The notes: a model not told the origin generated them from the letters alone. Shown: positions 9,089-18,675, numbered from the stretch's first letter. The stretch: 64,000 bases of DNA from Polyangiales bacterium (GCA_044229975.1 JBGARZ010000023.1:64001-128000); one strand, 5' to 3'. Translations and numbers: made by a program.

Positions 9089-10401
9089 GGCGCCTCCGTA
9101 CCGGTTGCACGATCGAGCTCGACGCGCGCGCGCCGGGCGGCCTGGTCGAGGTCGAGCGCGGTGAGTTCGTCGTCCCCGGCGCCGCGGTAGGCGTCGAGGA
9201 GTTCGAGCAGCGTCATCTCGCCGCCCTGGTAGCCCGCGGTCGCGATGCGAACGAGGTCCGCCGACGCCGCCCGCGCGTCCTCGCGGAAGCGCCGCGCGGC
9301 GCGCACGAGACGCGTCGCCTCGGCGTGTAGTCCCGCCACCTCGCCCGAGAGCTCGGACTCCAGCAGCGCCCTTCGTCCATTGAGCGCAAGCGCCTCGCTG
9401 CGGGCGGCGAGCGCGAGGCCCCCCGAGGCGTCCCAGAGGGGGAGGGTCAACGTGGCGCCGAGGAGGAAGCCGTCGGTGCGCCCCTGCGCCCCCGCATCGA
9501 CGCCCTTCCAACCGGCTTCGAGGCGCAGGTCGGGGAGCCACCACCGCGTCGCCGAGGCGAGCTCCAGGTCGGCGGCGCGGAGACGCTCCCCGAGGGCGCG
9601 GAGGCGCGGCCCCCGGCGTGCAACGTCTCGCAGGGTCGGAAGCGCTGTGGGTTCGCTCTCGGGCCGCAGCGGACCCTCCAGGGTGAGACCCGCCGCCTCG
9701 CCATCGGGCAGGCCAACCAGGGCCGCGAGGCGGGCTCGGGCGCGATCGAGGGCGGCCTCCTCGACCTGCGCGCGCCCCTCCGCAACGATCCGCTCGCGCT
9801 CCAGGCGACGCCGGTCGTAGAGCGCCGTGTCCCCGCGCGCGGTGCGGTGCGCGACAATCGTCAGGGCGGCCTCGATGCGCGCGCTCCAGGCGCGTACCGC
9901 CGTCGCGCGCTCGTGGTGGTAGAGGGCCTCGTAGAAGCGCAGCCGCGTGTCGGCGGCCACCTCGACGCGCGCAGCAGAACCGTCGTGCGTCGCGGCGCTC
10001 GCTCGGCGTTCGCCGGCCGCTCCGCGGAGGCCACGGCGGTTGCCGAGGTCGATCACCTGCGAGACGGACACGTAGTCTTCGCCGGTTCCGAGGGCGCCGA
10101 AGGTCTGCTCGCGCAGGTAGGTGATCTGCGGGTTGGGGTAGGCACCCAGGGCGCGCGCGTTCCCCCGCTCGGCGTCGATCGCTCCGCGGACGGTGTCGGC
10201 GAGGGGAGCCCGCGCGAGCGCCCGTCGCACCGCCTCATCGGCGGTGAGCACCACGGTGGTCACAGCCTGGTCCGTTGCGGGTACCTCGGTCTGCTGCGCG
10301 CGCCCGAGGGATGGCAGAAGGAGGAGAGCCCCAGCGACAAGGAACCGGCCGACGATCGGTTTTTCGGACGCGGCGAGCAGCACGGCGTTTCCTCGACGCA
10401 T
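9085..10401 (-). CDS. TolC/CzcC family outer membrane efflux protein
   Basis: Signal peptide, YPNPQI, TLPLWD, YQGGEMTLLELLDA. First gene of the TolC-MFP-RND trio. Confidence 0.85.
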   Translation of the reverse strand: MRRGNAVLLAASEKPIVGRFLVAGALLLLPSLGRAQQTEVPATDQAVTTVVLTADEAVRRALARAPLADTVRGAIDAERGNARALGAYPNPQITYLREQTFGALGTGEDYVSVSQVIDLGNRRGLRGAAGERRASAATHDGSAARVEVAADTRLRFYEALYHHERATAVRAWSARIEAALTIVAHRTARGDTALYDRRRLERERIVAEGRAQVEEAALDRARARLAALVGLPDGEAAGLTLEGPLRPESEPTALPTLRDVARRGPRLRALGERLRAADLELASATRWWLPDLRLEAGWKGVDAGAQGRTDGFLLGATLTLPLWDASGGLALAARSEALALNGRRALLESELSGEVAGLHAEATRLVRAARRFREDARAASADLVRIATAGYQGGEMTLLELLDAYRGAGDDELTALDLDQAARRARVELDRATGTEAP

Positions 10402-10410
10402 GGTCGCGCG

Positions 10411-11391
10411 TCAGTGGGTGAGCGCCCCGAGGAGCGACTCGGTGGCGTGATGGAGCGGGTCGCTTGCAGCGAGGAGGCCGAGCGCGACGAGGCCAACGAT
10501 CGCCAGCGGACGAGCGAGGGTCCCGGGTGCGCGCGGCGGTTCGAGCAGCGCCTCGACGCGGGCGGGCACGTCGCCCCCAAACGAAGCCGCGACGCTGGTG
10601 AGGTCGGGTGGCGTCTGGAGGAGGCGCTCGACCCGGAGGATCACCTCCGCGACCCGCAACCGATCGCCGACCGCGCGGCCCGCGGCCTCGTCGCAGCTCT
10701 GCTCGGCGGCGAGCGTGAGCGCGTGCAGGAGACGCGTCCGTGCGGGGCCCCAGACGAACACCGTCGCGGCGCGCGCGAGGAGCCGCAGCCCGGTGTCGCG
10801 TCGAAGCGCGTGCGCGCGCTCGTGATGGAGCATGACATCGAGGTCGGCCGGCGGGACACGCGAGAGCAGCCCCTCCGAGACGACGACCGCAGGGTGGACG
10901 ACGCCCACGAGCAGGCAGAGCGGCGTCGCGGTCGGGAGCACCTGCGCGCCGAGCCGTGCGTTGTCGTAGCGGCGATCGAGGAGCCGTGACGCGACGCGCG
11001 CGGCGCGAACGAGTCCGACCGTCGCGCTCAGCGCGCGGGACACGAGCCACCCCGCCGCGAGGGCGAGGAGGAGCCAGGAGGCGGGGTTCGCGGCGTGTGT
11101 CGGCGGGTGCAGGAAGCACAGGTGGACGTGCCCGTAGTGGGCGAGGCAGTGGTCATGCGCGGGCCAGCGGAGCGCGACGACCGACGGCAGGAGCGCGGCG
11201 AGGAGGCCGACGAGCCCGAGCACCAACGGTGCGACCGAAAGCAGCAGGAGCGCGCGGTGCCGCCGCTCGGGGGCCCACGACGCGACGTGCGCGAGGACGG
11301 AGGGAATGAGCGTGGAGACGGCGAGACCGATGAGGAGCGCGAAGCCGAGGCCCGCCAGGAGGACGAGCTGGAGCACGCCGAGGGCGTTCAT
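10411..11391 (-). CDS. M56 family metallopeptidase (BlaR1-like sensor)
   Basis: HERAH zinc motif followed by RRD, EQSCDEAA, several TMs, and a His/Cys loop HDHCLAHYGHVHLCFLH. Confidence 0.85.
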   Translation of the reverse strand: MNALGVLQLVLLAGLGFALLIGLAVSTLIPSVLAHVASWAPERRHRALLLLSVAPLVLGLVGLLAALLPSVVALRWPAHDHCLAHYGHVHLCFLHPPTHAANPASWLLLALAAGWLVSRALSATVGLVRAARVASRLLDRRYDNARLGAQVLPTATPLCLLVGVVHPAVVVSEGLLSRVPPADLDVMLHHERAHALRRDTGLRLLARAATVFVWGPARTRLLHALTLAAEQSCDEAAGRAVGDRLRVAEVILRVERLLQTPPDLTSVAASFGGDVPARVEALLEPPRAPGTLARPLAIVGLVALGLLAASDPLHHATESLLGALTH

Positions 11392-11795
11392 GGGCGCCCC
11401 TTGGCGCGAGCGCGCCGCTCTGCGACGAGGGCTTCGAGGCGCGCGAGGTGTTCGGGTCCAGCCCGCTCGGTGAGCTCGACGAAGGCCGAGACCATCGCGT
11501 TGGCCTCGCCGCGCATCAGCTCACCGACGAGCTCACCCAGGGCGCTGTGTTGGAACTCCTCGCGCGTGAGGCGCGGCCGGTAGACGTGCGCGTGACTGAC
11601 CTTGTCGCGCTCCAGGAGGTTCTTCTCGAAGAGCCGTTTCAGGGTCGATTGGATCGTGTTCAGGGTGATGCCGCGCTTCGCCCCGAGCGCGCCGTGGATG
11701 GCCTTCGCCTCGCCCTCACCGCCCCTCCAGAGGTGCTCCATCACGGCAGCTTCGAGGGTGCCGAGGAGCGGTGGTCGAACGGGGCCCAGAGCCAT
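11388..11795 (-). CDS. BlaI/MecI/CopY family repressor
   Basis: LGTLEAAVMEHLW, TLNTIQSTLKRLFEKNLLER, YRPRLTREEF. Coupled to the M56 gene. Confidence 0.9.
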   Translation of the reverse strand: MALGPVRPPLLGTLEAAVMEHLWRGGEGEAKAIHGALGAKRGITLNTIQSTLKRLFEKNLLERDKVSHAHVYRPRLTREEFQHSALGELVGELMRGEANAMVSAFVELTERAGPEHLARLEALVAERRARAKGRP

Positions 11796-11945
11796 CGCCC
11801 GACGGTATCCGAAGAAAACCGGGCGTCAATCGGTTTTCACTCGAACCTCTACGGCGACGGATCGGGCGGAGGCGCTTCCGGGCGGGGAGACCTGTCTCGG
11901 CGCACGGTATGAATCGCTCGCCCGTGGGGGCAGGATGACGGCGAT

Positions 11946-12671
11946 ATGAACCCCATCGACCGCAGGGACTTCGGCGCCGTCGCGCTCGGCGCCGCCGCCG
12001 CGACACTCCTCCATGATCGCGATGCCGAGGCCCAGCCGCGCCGCCCGGACGCCGGTCCGCCTCTCAGCCCGAGCCCGGCGGAGGCGGCCATCGCGCCGCT
12101 GCCGTTCGCGCCCGCGTCGCTGCCGGGGCTCTCGGAGCGGATGCTGGTCTCCCACCACGACAACAACTACGGCGGCGCGGTGCGCAAGCTCAACGAGATC
12201 CGCGCGCAACTCGGCACCTCCGACCCGGCGCAGTCGGGCGCGTATTGGAGCCTCTACGGGACGTTGAAGTCGGCCGAGCTCGCCGCGCGCAACAGCGCCG
12301 TCCTGCACGAACTCTACTTCGCCAACCTCGCGGCCGGGCAGCAGCCACCGGCCGCGCTCGCGACCATGGTGACGCAGCGCTTCGGCTCGCTCGACCGTTT
12401 CCGCGCACAGATGCTCGGCGCCGCGAAGGCGGCCAACGGCTGGGTGCTGCTGGTGGCCGACGGGGTCTCGCACACGCTGGAGATCGTCCAGACTGAGAAC
12501 CACGCCATGGGCGGCTGGAGCGCCTCGCCGCTGCTGGTGCTGGACGTCTACGAGCACGCGTTCGCCATCGACTACGGCGCCAACAAGCCCGGCTACTTCG
12601 ACGCCTTCTGGCGCAACGTCGGCTGGAACGCCGTCCACGAGCGGGCCGCGCGCGCGCTGACCCGAGGCTAG
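11946..12671 (+). CDS. Tat-exported Fe/Mn superoxide dismutase (ChrC-like)
   Basis: DRRDF twin-arginine signal. Metal ligands in SHHDNNY, LHELYF and LDVYEHA. Confidence 0.85.
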   Translation: MNPIDRRDFGAVALGAAAATLLHDRDAEAQPRRPDAGPPLSPSPAEAAIAPLPFAPASLPGLSERMLVSHHDNNYGGAVRKLNEIRAQLGTSDPAQSGAYWSLYGTLKSAELAARNSAVLHELYFANLAAGQQPPAALATMVTQRFGSLDRFRAQMLGAAKAANGWVLLVADGVSHTLEIVQTENHAMGGWSASPLLVLDVYEHAFAIDYGANKPGYFDAFWRNVGWNAVHERAARALTRG

Positions 12672-12773
12672 GGCTCCCTGGGCGCGCCGGCGCTGGCGGT
12701 CGAGGGCTTGTCGTTCCGGCGCAACGGCCGGGCGGTGCTCGACGGCGTGACCTTCGAGGCGGCGGGCGGCGAG
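12672..12773 (+). pseudogene. Remnant of an ABC transporter ATPase N-terminus
   Basis: Translates as ...LAVEGLSFRRNGRAVLDGVTFEAAGGE, then loses similarity before any Walker A. No ATG/GTG start after the SOD stop. Confidence 0.5.
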
Positions 12774-12863
12774 GCAGATCGCCGTGCAGGAAGATCGCGG
12801 CGGGCCGTTCGCGCGGCCGGGTGCGGCCTGGGCCGCTGACGAGGCGATCGTTCGGACCGGCCG

Positions 12864-12889
12864 TGTAATGCCTCCGGGAAGTCTGCGTC
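12864..12889 (+). promoter_or_regulatory. ECF-type promoter TGTAA-N17-CGTC (copy 1)
   Basis: TGTAA 12864-68 and CGTC 12886-89, upstream of the cupredoxin gene. Confidence 0.7.
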
Positions 12890-12930
12890 TGTAGGGATGA
12901 ACGGCGGCAGGTCCGCCCGGAGGTGACGGC

Positions 12931-13326
12931 ATGACGACGCAACGAGGAATGCGGTGGGTGTTGGGCGCGGCGCTGGGCCTCGCGCCCTGGATGATGCCGG
13001 CGGTGGCGCGGGCGCAGGTCCCGGCGGGCGCCGCCGTCCGCGAGATCGAGGTGGTGGTGGACGGTGGCTACCAGCCCGCGCGCGTCGAGGTCGCGGCGGG
13101 CGAGCGTGTGCGGCTGCGCTTCGTCCGCCGCGACTACGGCGGCTGCACGCGCGAGGTGGTGTTCCCGACGCTGGGCCTGCGGCGCGAGCTGCCCACCGGC
13201 CGACCCGTGACGGTGGACCTGCCCGCCCTGCCGGCGGGCGAGACGCCCTTCGAGTGCGGGATGGGCATGGTGCGCGGCGTCGTGGTGGTCCGCGCGGCGC
13301 CCACCGCCGCCGGTTCGCGCCCGTAG
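12931..13326 (+). CDS. Cupredoxin domain-containing protein
   Basis: Signal peptide, GGYQPARVEV, GCTREVVFP, FECGMGMVRG (CupA-like Cu ligands). Confidence 0.85.
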   Translation: MTTQRGMRWVLGAALGLAPWMMPAVARAQVPAGAAVREIEVVVDGGYQPARVEVAAGERVRLRFVRRDYGGCTREVVFPTLGLRRELPTGRPVTVDLPALPAGETPFECGMGMVRGVVVVRAAPTAAGSRP

Positions 13327-13344
13327 GCCGTCGCGGAGGAGCCC

Positions 13345-13995
13345 GTGCCGACCCGTCCACGCTACGTCCCCGCGCTGGGCTTCCGCGCGCTCACGCCGCT
13401 CTACGACCTCGCGGTCCGGCTGACCACGCGCGAGGCCCTCTTCCGCGATCGCCTGGTGCGCGCCGCAGCCGTGGGGCCCGGGGAGCGCGTGCTCGACCTC
13501 GCCTGCGGCACCGGCTCGACCTCGGTCCTCTTGCAGCAGCGCCAGCCGTCCGCGGCGGTCTGTGGCCTCGACATCGACCCGGAGGTCCTCGTGCGCGCCC
13601 GGCGGAAGGCGGACCGCCTGGCGCTCCCGATCCGCTTCGAGGAGCGCTCCGCCACCGACCCACTGGACGACCTCGGCCCCTTCGACGTGGCGGTGTCGAG
13701 CCTCTTCTTCCACCACCTCGACGACGGCGCGAAGGTGCGCGCGCTCGCCAACGTCCGCGCGGCCCTGCGCGACGGCGGGCGCCTGCACGTCGTGGACTGG
13801 GGGCGCCCGAGCGGCGTTCGTACGGGCCTCGGGTTCCGCCTCGTGCGCCTCCTGGACGGGGCGGACAACACGGCCGCGAGCGCGCGCGGCACCTTTCCCG
13901 ACCTCGTCACGGCGGCCGGATTCCGCGACGTCGCCGAGACTGACAGCCTGGACACCGCGCTGGGGACACTGCGGTTCTTCCGCGCCACGGTGTGA
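13345..13995 (+). CDS. Class I SAM-dependent methyltransferase
   Basis: VLDLACGTG, GLDID, VSSLFFHHL. RBS GGAGG before GTG. Confidence 0.85.
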   Translation: MPTRPRYVPALGFRALTPLYDLAVRLTTREALFRDRLVRAAAVGPGERVLDLACGTGSTSVLLQQRQPSAAVCGLDIDPEVLVRARRKADRLALPIRFEERSATDPLDDLGPFDVAVSSLFFHHLDDGAKVRALANVRAALRDGGRLHVVDWGRPSGVRTGLGFRLVRLLDGADNTAASARGTFPDLVTAAGFRDVAETDSLDTALGTLRFFRATV

Positions 13996-14189
13996 GCGCC
14001 GCGGGCCGGTGCCGATCGGGCGAGGTGCGGGCGGCCGACCCGATGGCCTCCGCGCCAGTGCTGGTTGCTGCCATGCCGTTGGGCGAACAGGGCGGCGCGG
14101 GCGACTGCGCGGGGCCGACGCTCCGCACCTGCTTCGTGTAGGTACCGTTGTCGGCAGGAATGTCTGCCTTTCGGAGACGGAGAATCACC

Positions 14190-14669
14190 ATGAACCATCG
14201 CTCGGGCTTCGGGGCCTGCATCGCGCCGTGCCTCCTCATGGCGGCGTGCGCGTCCCGTCCTCCCGCCTCGACGCCCCCCGTGACGCAGACCAGCGGCGGC
14301 GAAGTCGTCCATCACGCCGCGGGCGCGCACCACGCGCCGGTCTTTCCGCCGGGGCCGATCGCCGAGATGTGGGACGCGCTCCGGCCGCTGACCCACGGGC
14401 GCGCGGGGTCGGTCCCCACAGAGCGCGACGGTCGCATCTGCGCTCGGGTCGATACGCTTCGTCAGCGCGCTGGCGTGCTCGCCGCAGCGCCCGTCCCGGC
14501 CGGGGCGGAGTCACGCGCCGATGCGTGGCGCGCCAGCACGACGCGGCTCGTGCGCGAGGCGGATGCGCTCGTCGCGTCGTGCGCGGACCCCACGCGCGCC
14601 GGGGCGTTCGAGCGTCTGGAGGCGCTGCATGTCACCTTTCACGAACTCACGGAGGACCTGCCCCCCTGA
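14190..14669 (+). CDS. Hypothetical lipoprotein, helical, His-containing
   Basis: RBS GGAG, lipobox MAAC, HHAAGAHH, LHVTFHEL. Confidence 0.6.
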   Translation: MNHRSGFGACIAPCLLMAACASRPPASTPPVTQTSGGEVVHHAAGAHHAPVFPPGPIAEMWDALRPLTHGRAGSVPTERDGRICARVDTLRQRAGVLAAAPVPAGAESRADAWRASTTRLVREADALVASCADPTRAGAFERLEALHVTFHELTEDLPP

Positions 14670-14766
14670 CGTTTCAGCGCCTGGTAGGCTCCCGGGCGCT
14701 CGCCCGTGCGGGTCGCGACAACGTTGTCGGGATCGTCGCGAACCCCTACCCTGCCCCATGGGTGTA

Positions 14767-15666
14767 ATGAACCCGCGCGCTCTGTTGATGCTCGCGGTCT
14801 GCCTCGGCGCCGCCGCCTGTGGCGGGGTCGCCGTCGGCAACCAGACCGCAGCGGACGTCCCTCCCGCGGACGCCGTCAGCGCGGACGCGAGGCTGGTGGA
14901 CATCCCCAGCAACGACTTGGGGCGCGCGGACGCGCCGGGGGCTGACGCGCCGTCGGTCGAGGCAGGCGTCGCGGACGCCGTCGGGGTCGAAGTGGGTCGA
15001 TCGGACGGGGCCCTCGTAGACACGAGCGCCGTCGAGGTAGGCGCGGCGAATGGTGGCGACGCGGGCACCGGCGACGTCGTGGACGCGGGCGCCAGCGATG
15101 CTGCGGTCGATGCAGACCTCCGCGCGGACGTCGCACCCGAGGCGGGGATGGACGCGGCGGGCCCCGCCGAAGCTGCCGTCTGTTCGGGTGCCCATCCGCT
15201 GGTCGATGCGGGGGCGAGGTTCTGCGGCCCGGGGCAGTGCTACTGCCCGGCGCCGGGGACGGGCGGCGACTCCTGCCTCCCGGCAGGCACGGCGGCCGCG
15301 TGCTGCCCGGGACGCTCGGTGGTTTGCACGGCCAGCGACGCAGGGGCGGCCTGCCCGGCGGGCACGCACCCGCTCCTCGACGGGGGCGCGCGGTTCTGCG
15401 CCGTGGGGAGTTGCTACTGCCCGTCGCCTGGGATCAACGGCGACGCGTGCCTTCCGGCGGGCGCGGGGGCAGCGTGTTGCCCGGGGCGTTCCGTGGTGTG
15501 CGCGAGCGAAGACGCGGGGGTGACGTGCCCCGCGGCGACGCACCCGCTCGTCGATGGGGGCGCGCGGTTCTGCGCCCCGGGAAGCTGTTACTGCCCGTCG
15601 AGCGACGCGTGCCGCCCAGTGGCGGTCGCGCGGATGTGCTGCCCGACCGCGGTGATCTGCGACTGA
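14767..15666 (+). CDS. Lipoprotein with acidic low-complexity stalk and three 8-Cys repeats
   Basis: Lipobox AAAC, D/A/V-rich linker, then 3 copies of C..HPL(V/L)DxGARFCxxGxCYCP...C...CCP...C. Confidence 0.7.
   Translation: MNPRALLMLAVCLGAAACGGVAVGNQTAADVPPADAVSADARLVDIPSNDLGRADAPGADAPSVEAGVADAVGVEVGRSDGALVDTSAVEVGAANGGDAGTGDVVDAGASDAAVDADLRADVAPEAGMDAAGPAEAAVCSGAHPLVDAGARFCGPGQCYCPAPGTGGDSCLPAGTAAACCPGRSVVCTASDAGAACPAGTHPLLDGGARFCAVGSCYCPSPGINGDACLPAGAGAACCPGRSVVCASEDAGVTCPAATHPLVDGGARFCAPGSCYCPSSDACRPVAVARMCCPTAVICD
15181..15660 (+). repeat. Three tandem intragenic Cys-rich repeats
   Basis: Near-identical DNA units encoding HPL.D.GARFC...CYCP (e.g. gcgcggttctgc...tactgcccg). Confidence 0.85.
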
Positions 15667-15830
15667 ACGCGACCCGAGCCCCAGCGGCCGGTCTGCATTC
15701 CGCCCGTCATCCCACCTATGCGCATCTCGGCGGGCCGGATCTGCAGGTAGGCCGCGCCGCCCGCCTATCGTCGTCGCCGACGATCGCCCCGCACGCGAAC
15801 CAGAACCCTCCGGGGTTCGACGCCGACCCT

Positions 15831-17570
15831 TCAGGGCGCGACGAAGCGCACGCGCGGGCGCACCCGGAGCGGCGTCCCGTCGAGCGAGACGAGCACGCGC
15901 GCGCTGCCCGCAAACGTCGGCGCCACCAGCGCGCGCCGCGTCCTGCCAGACGGCTCGACGACCGCGGGTCCCGTCCACGCGCAGGCCCCGCTGCACTCGA
16001 TGGCCGCGGTCCTGGCTCCGGCGGCGGCCGGATCGACGATCACCTCCACCTCCGACACGCCGTCCGCCGGCACGACCCGCCGCGCGACCTCGACGGCGCT
16101 CGGTTCGATCACGGTCGTGTAGCGGCCCGCCTCCGCCGACACCGTCTGGCGCAGGCCGCTCGGCCACTCGACCGTCACGTCCGCACGTTCCTGCTGTCCG
16201 ACCGCTAGGACCACTCCGCGGTCGTGCTCACCGCCCATCGACGACTGTCCGCCGGCCACGACGACCAGGGGCGGCCGGGCGCCGTTCAGCGACACCCGCG
16301 CTCCCGCTGCTTCGGCGGACGACACCGCCCCTCTCAGGCGGAGCCCGACCCAGCGGCCGCGCGGTTCGAGACGGTTGCGCAGGACGACGAGGCCCCGCGA
16401 AGGGTCCCCTGAGGTCGCGAGGCAGTCCGGCTGCCCGTTGAGCGAGAAGTCCCCGCACGCGAGGCCATGGAACTGAATCGTGGCGTCGAGCACGCGGGGG
16501 GTGACGCAGCCGTAGGTGCCGTCCTTCTGATTGACGTACAGCGTGGCGGGCGCGGGGCCTCCGTTCTCTTCGGTGAGCGAGAGCACGAGCAGGTCGCTCC
16601 AGCCGTCGAGGTCGGCGTCCTGCGTTGCGCACCCCCAGGCGAACGAGCCCTCCGGTGAGGAGAGGAGGGCCGCGTTGGCGACCGACGGGAGCGAGCGCCC
16701 GCCGCTTCCGTGCAGCAGGACGTTGGTGTCGATGACGCCGCTGACGAAGTAGTCCATGCGCCCGTCGCGGTCGAAGTCGAGCGGGCACAGCCCCATGGGG
16801 TGGGCGTCGGCGAAGTCGTCCGAGACGCTCGCATCCCGCTCGAACGTGGGCTCGTCGGAGGGACGGCCCCAGTTCAACGACCCCTGGTCGAAGTCTGCGA
16901 CGACGAACAGCTCGCGGTAGCCGTCGCCGTCTACGTCGTCGAAGAACGTGCCGTAGCCCATGTAGAGGCCGTCGCGCGGGGCGAACGAGGGCGTGCGGTC
17001 CACGAAGCGGCCGTCGCCCCACGCGGTGAGCAGGACCGCGGGCGACTCGCGGCGCGCGTTGTAGGAGACCGCGAGGTCGGTCAGGCCGTCGAGATCGACG
17101 TCCGTCGCGAGGAGCTGGGTGGGTTGGCCACGCGTCGCGGGCGCGACCACCGTGCCCGGTCCGAAGCGGCACCCGCCGAGGCCTCGGTGCCACTGCACGC
17201 CGGGGCCCGCCACCACCAGGTCACCCTCGCCGTCCGCGTCGAGGTCCACGAAGGTTCCCGCCGAGGTCGTGCTCGGGATGGGCGCCTCCAGATCGAGCAG
17301 GTCGAAGCCGCCCTCCGCGCGTGCGACGAACACCCGGCGCCCGTTCATCACGTCGGGGCGGCCGTCCCCCGAGCAGTCGCCCACCGCGACGAAGGTCGAT
17401 GGCCCACCGCGACCTTCCAGGTCCACCTGGATTCGGCCGGGGATCTCGACCTCGGGGCATTGGTTCGTGCAGCTCGCGAGGAGTGCGCCCGCGCCGGCCA
17501 GTTGGCCCGCAAGCGCGAGGACGCTGCGAGAGTTCGCGGGTCCCCGCTTCACGGCTCGGAGGGGGCTCAC
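15831..17570 (-). CDS. CRTAC1-like FG-GAP repeat + ASPIC/UnbV domain lipoprotein
   Basis: Repeated DxDxDGxxDL motifs, VVLRN, GARVSL...VEWPSG (ASPIC/UnbV), lipobox LASC. GTG start overlaps the stop of the upstream gene. Confidence 0.8.
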   Translation of the reverse strand: MSPLRAVKRGPANSRSVLALAGQLAGAGALLASCTNQCPEVEIPGRIQVDLEGRGGPSTFVAVGDCSGDGRPDVMNGRRVFVARAEGGFDLLDLEAPIPSTTSAGTFVDLDADGEGDLVVAGPGVQWHRGLGGCRFGPGTVVAPATRGQPTQLLATDVDLDGLTDLAVSYNARRESPAVLLTAWGDGRFVDRTPSFAPRDGLYMGYGTFFDDVDGDGYRELFVVADFDQGSLNWGRPSDEPTFERDASVSDDFADAHPMGLCPLDFDRDGRMDYFVSGVIDTNVLLHGSGGRSLPSVANAALLSSPEGSFAWGCATQDADLDGWSDLLVLSLTEENGGPAPATLYVNQKDGTYGCVTPRVLDATIQFHGLACGDFSLNGQPDCLATSGDPSRGLVVLRNRLEPRGRWVGLRLRGAVSSAEAAGARVSLNGARPPLVVVAGGQSSMGGEHDRGVVLAVGQQERADVTVEWPSGLRQTVSAEAGRYTTVIEPSAVEVARRVVPADGVSEVEVIVDPAAAGARTAAIECSGACAWTGPAVVEPSGRTRRALVAPTFAGSARVLVSLDGTPLRVRPRVRFVAP

Positions 17571-18148
17571 GCCGTCGCTCTCGCCCGGGTCCAGACCCAC
17601 GCCCCCGCGCTCACCGCCACGGCGCCGCCGAGGAGCCCGGCGAACATGCCCAGGGCCTCGCCCAGGAAGAGCCCGCTGCACCGCACCGAGCCGATCGACA
17701 CCACGCCCAGCAGCATCCCGACGCCGGCGCGCGCGCGCTGCCCGCCGTCGCCGCGGCGCGGGAGGAGCGCCGCCATCACCACGCCGAGCGCGAGCCCGGC
17801 GAGGGCGCAGGTGCCGGGGCGGGCGCAGCAGTTCTCGCAGACCATCATCCCGGGCGGGCAGCACGGGCGCAGCAGGGACATCGGGAGCAGGAGCGCCGCG
17901 AGGCCGCCCAGAAGGCCCACCTGCGCGCCCCGTAGCCACCACCCCCGGCGCCAGCCGAGAAAGGTCCACGCGAGGACCACCAGCGCCAGGGTGAGGGGCC
18001 GGAGGGCGACGCCGGCCACACGCGCGGCGAGCACCGACAGGCCGAGGACGATCAGCGCGCGCACGAGCCCGTCCCGGGCGAGGCCCCACTCGTAGGCCCG
18101 GCGGACGCGCGCTTCGAGGGACGGCGGGGCGGTCAAATCAGGGGTCAC
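17567..18148 (-). CDS. Multi-TM membrane protein with Cys cluster, putative anti-sigma factor
   Basis: Several TMs, RRAYEWG, loop RPCCPPGMMVCENCCARPGTC. Overlaps the ECF sigma stop. Confidence 0.6.
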   Translation of the reverse strand: MTPDLTAPPSLEARVRRAYEWGLARDGLVRALIVLGLSVLAARVAGVALRPLTLALVVLAWTFLGWRRGWWLRGAQVGLLGGLAALLLPMSLLRPCCPPGMMVCENCCARPGTCALAGLALGVVMAALLPRRGDGGQRARAGVGMLLGVVSIGSVRCSGLFLGEALGMFAGLLGGAVAVSAGAWVWTRARATA

Positions 18149-18675
18149 GGGTCACCTCCCAGGAGGGCGCGGAGCCGGGCGTAGGCGCGGGACAGGCGTT
18201 TGCGGTGCGTGGCGGGCGCGATCGGCGGGGGCGCCCCCTCCCCGAGCAGGACGGCAATGGCCTCGGCCGAGGTCGGGTCGAGCGCGTCCACGCTCCCCTG
18301 GAGCGCGCGACGGAGCTCGCGCTCGGCGAGCGCGTCGTCCGCCGCGGCCTCGGGGCTCGGGTGGTGCTCCGGGACGGCGCCGGCGTCGTGCCGGGTGCGA
18401 CGAAGCTCGGCGCGGACCTCGTTGGCCACCACGGCGTAGAACCACGGCAGCGCCGGTCGCCCGGGGGTGAACGAGGCCGCGCGGGTGAAGAGCTTGACCA
18501 TGGCGGCCTGGGCGACCTCGTCGGCGCGCGCGGGCCCGAGGCGCCGGGCCGCCACCCGCAACGCGCGCGGGTGCAGCGCGCGGAACAGGGGCGTGAAGGC
18601 CTCGCGCTCGCCCTCGCTCACGCGCGCCATGAGGTCGTCGAGCTCGGCCTCCGAGGCTTCGCGGGTCGGAGGCAC
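18145..18675 (-). CDS. ECF RNA polymerase sigma factor
   Basis: LMARVSEGEREAFTPLF, ADEVAQAAMVKLF, PWFYAVVANE, RKRLSRAYARLR. Confidence 0.85.
   Translation of the reverse strand: MPPTREASEAELDDLMARVSEGEREAFTPLFRALHPRALRVAARRLGPARADEVAQAAMVKLFTRAASFTPGRPALPWFYAVVANEVRAELRRTRHDAGAVPEHHPSPEAAADDALAERELRRALQGSVDALDPTSAEAIAVLLGEGAPPPIAPATHRKRLSRAYARLRALLGGDP

Noticed and set aside
14763..14790. TGTAA near the start of the Cys-repeat lipoprotein
   Set aside because: No CGTC at N17, and it overlaps the ATG. Not counted in the regulon.
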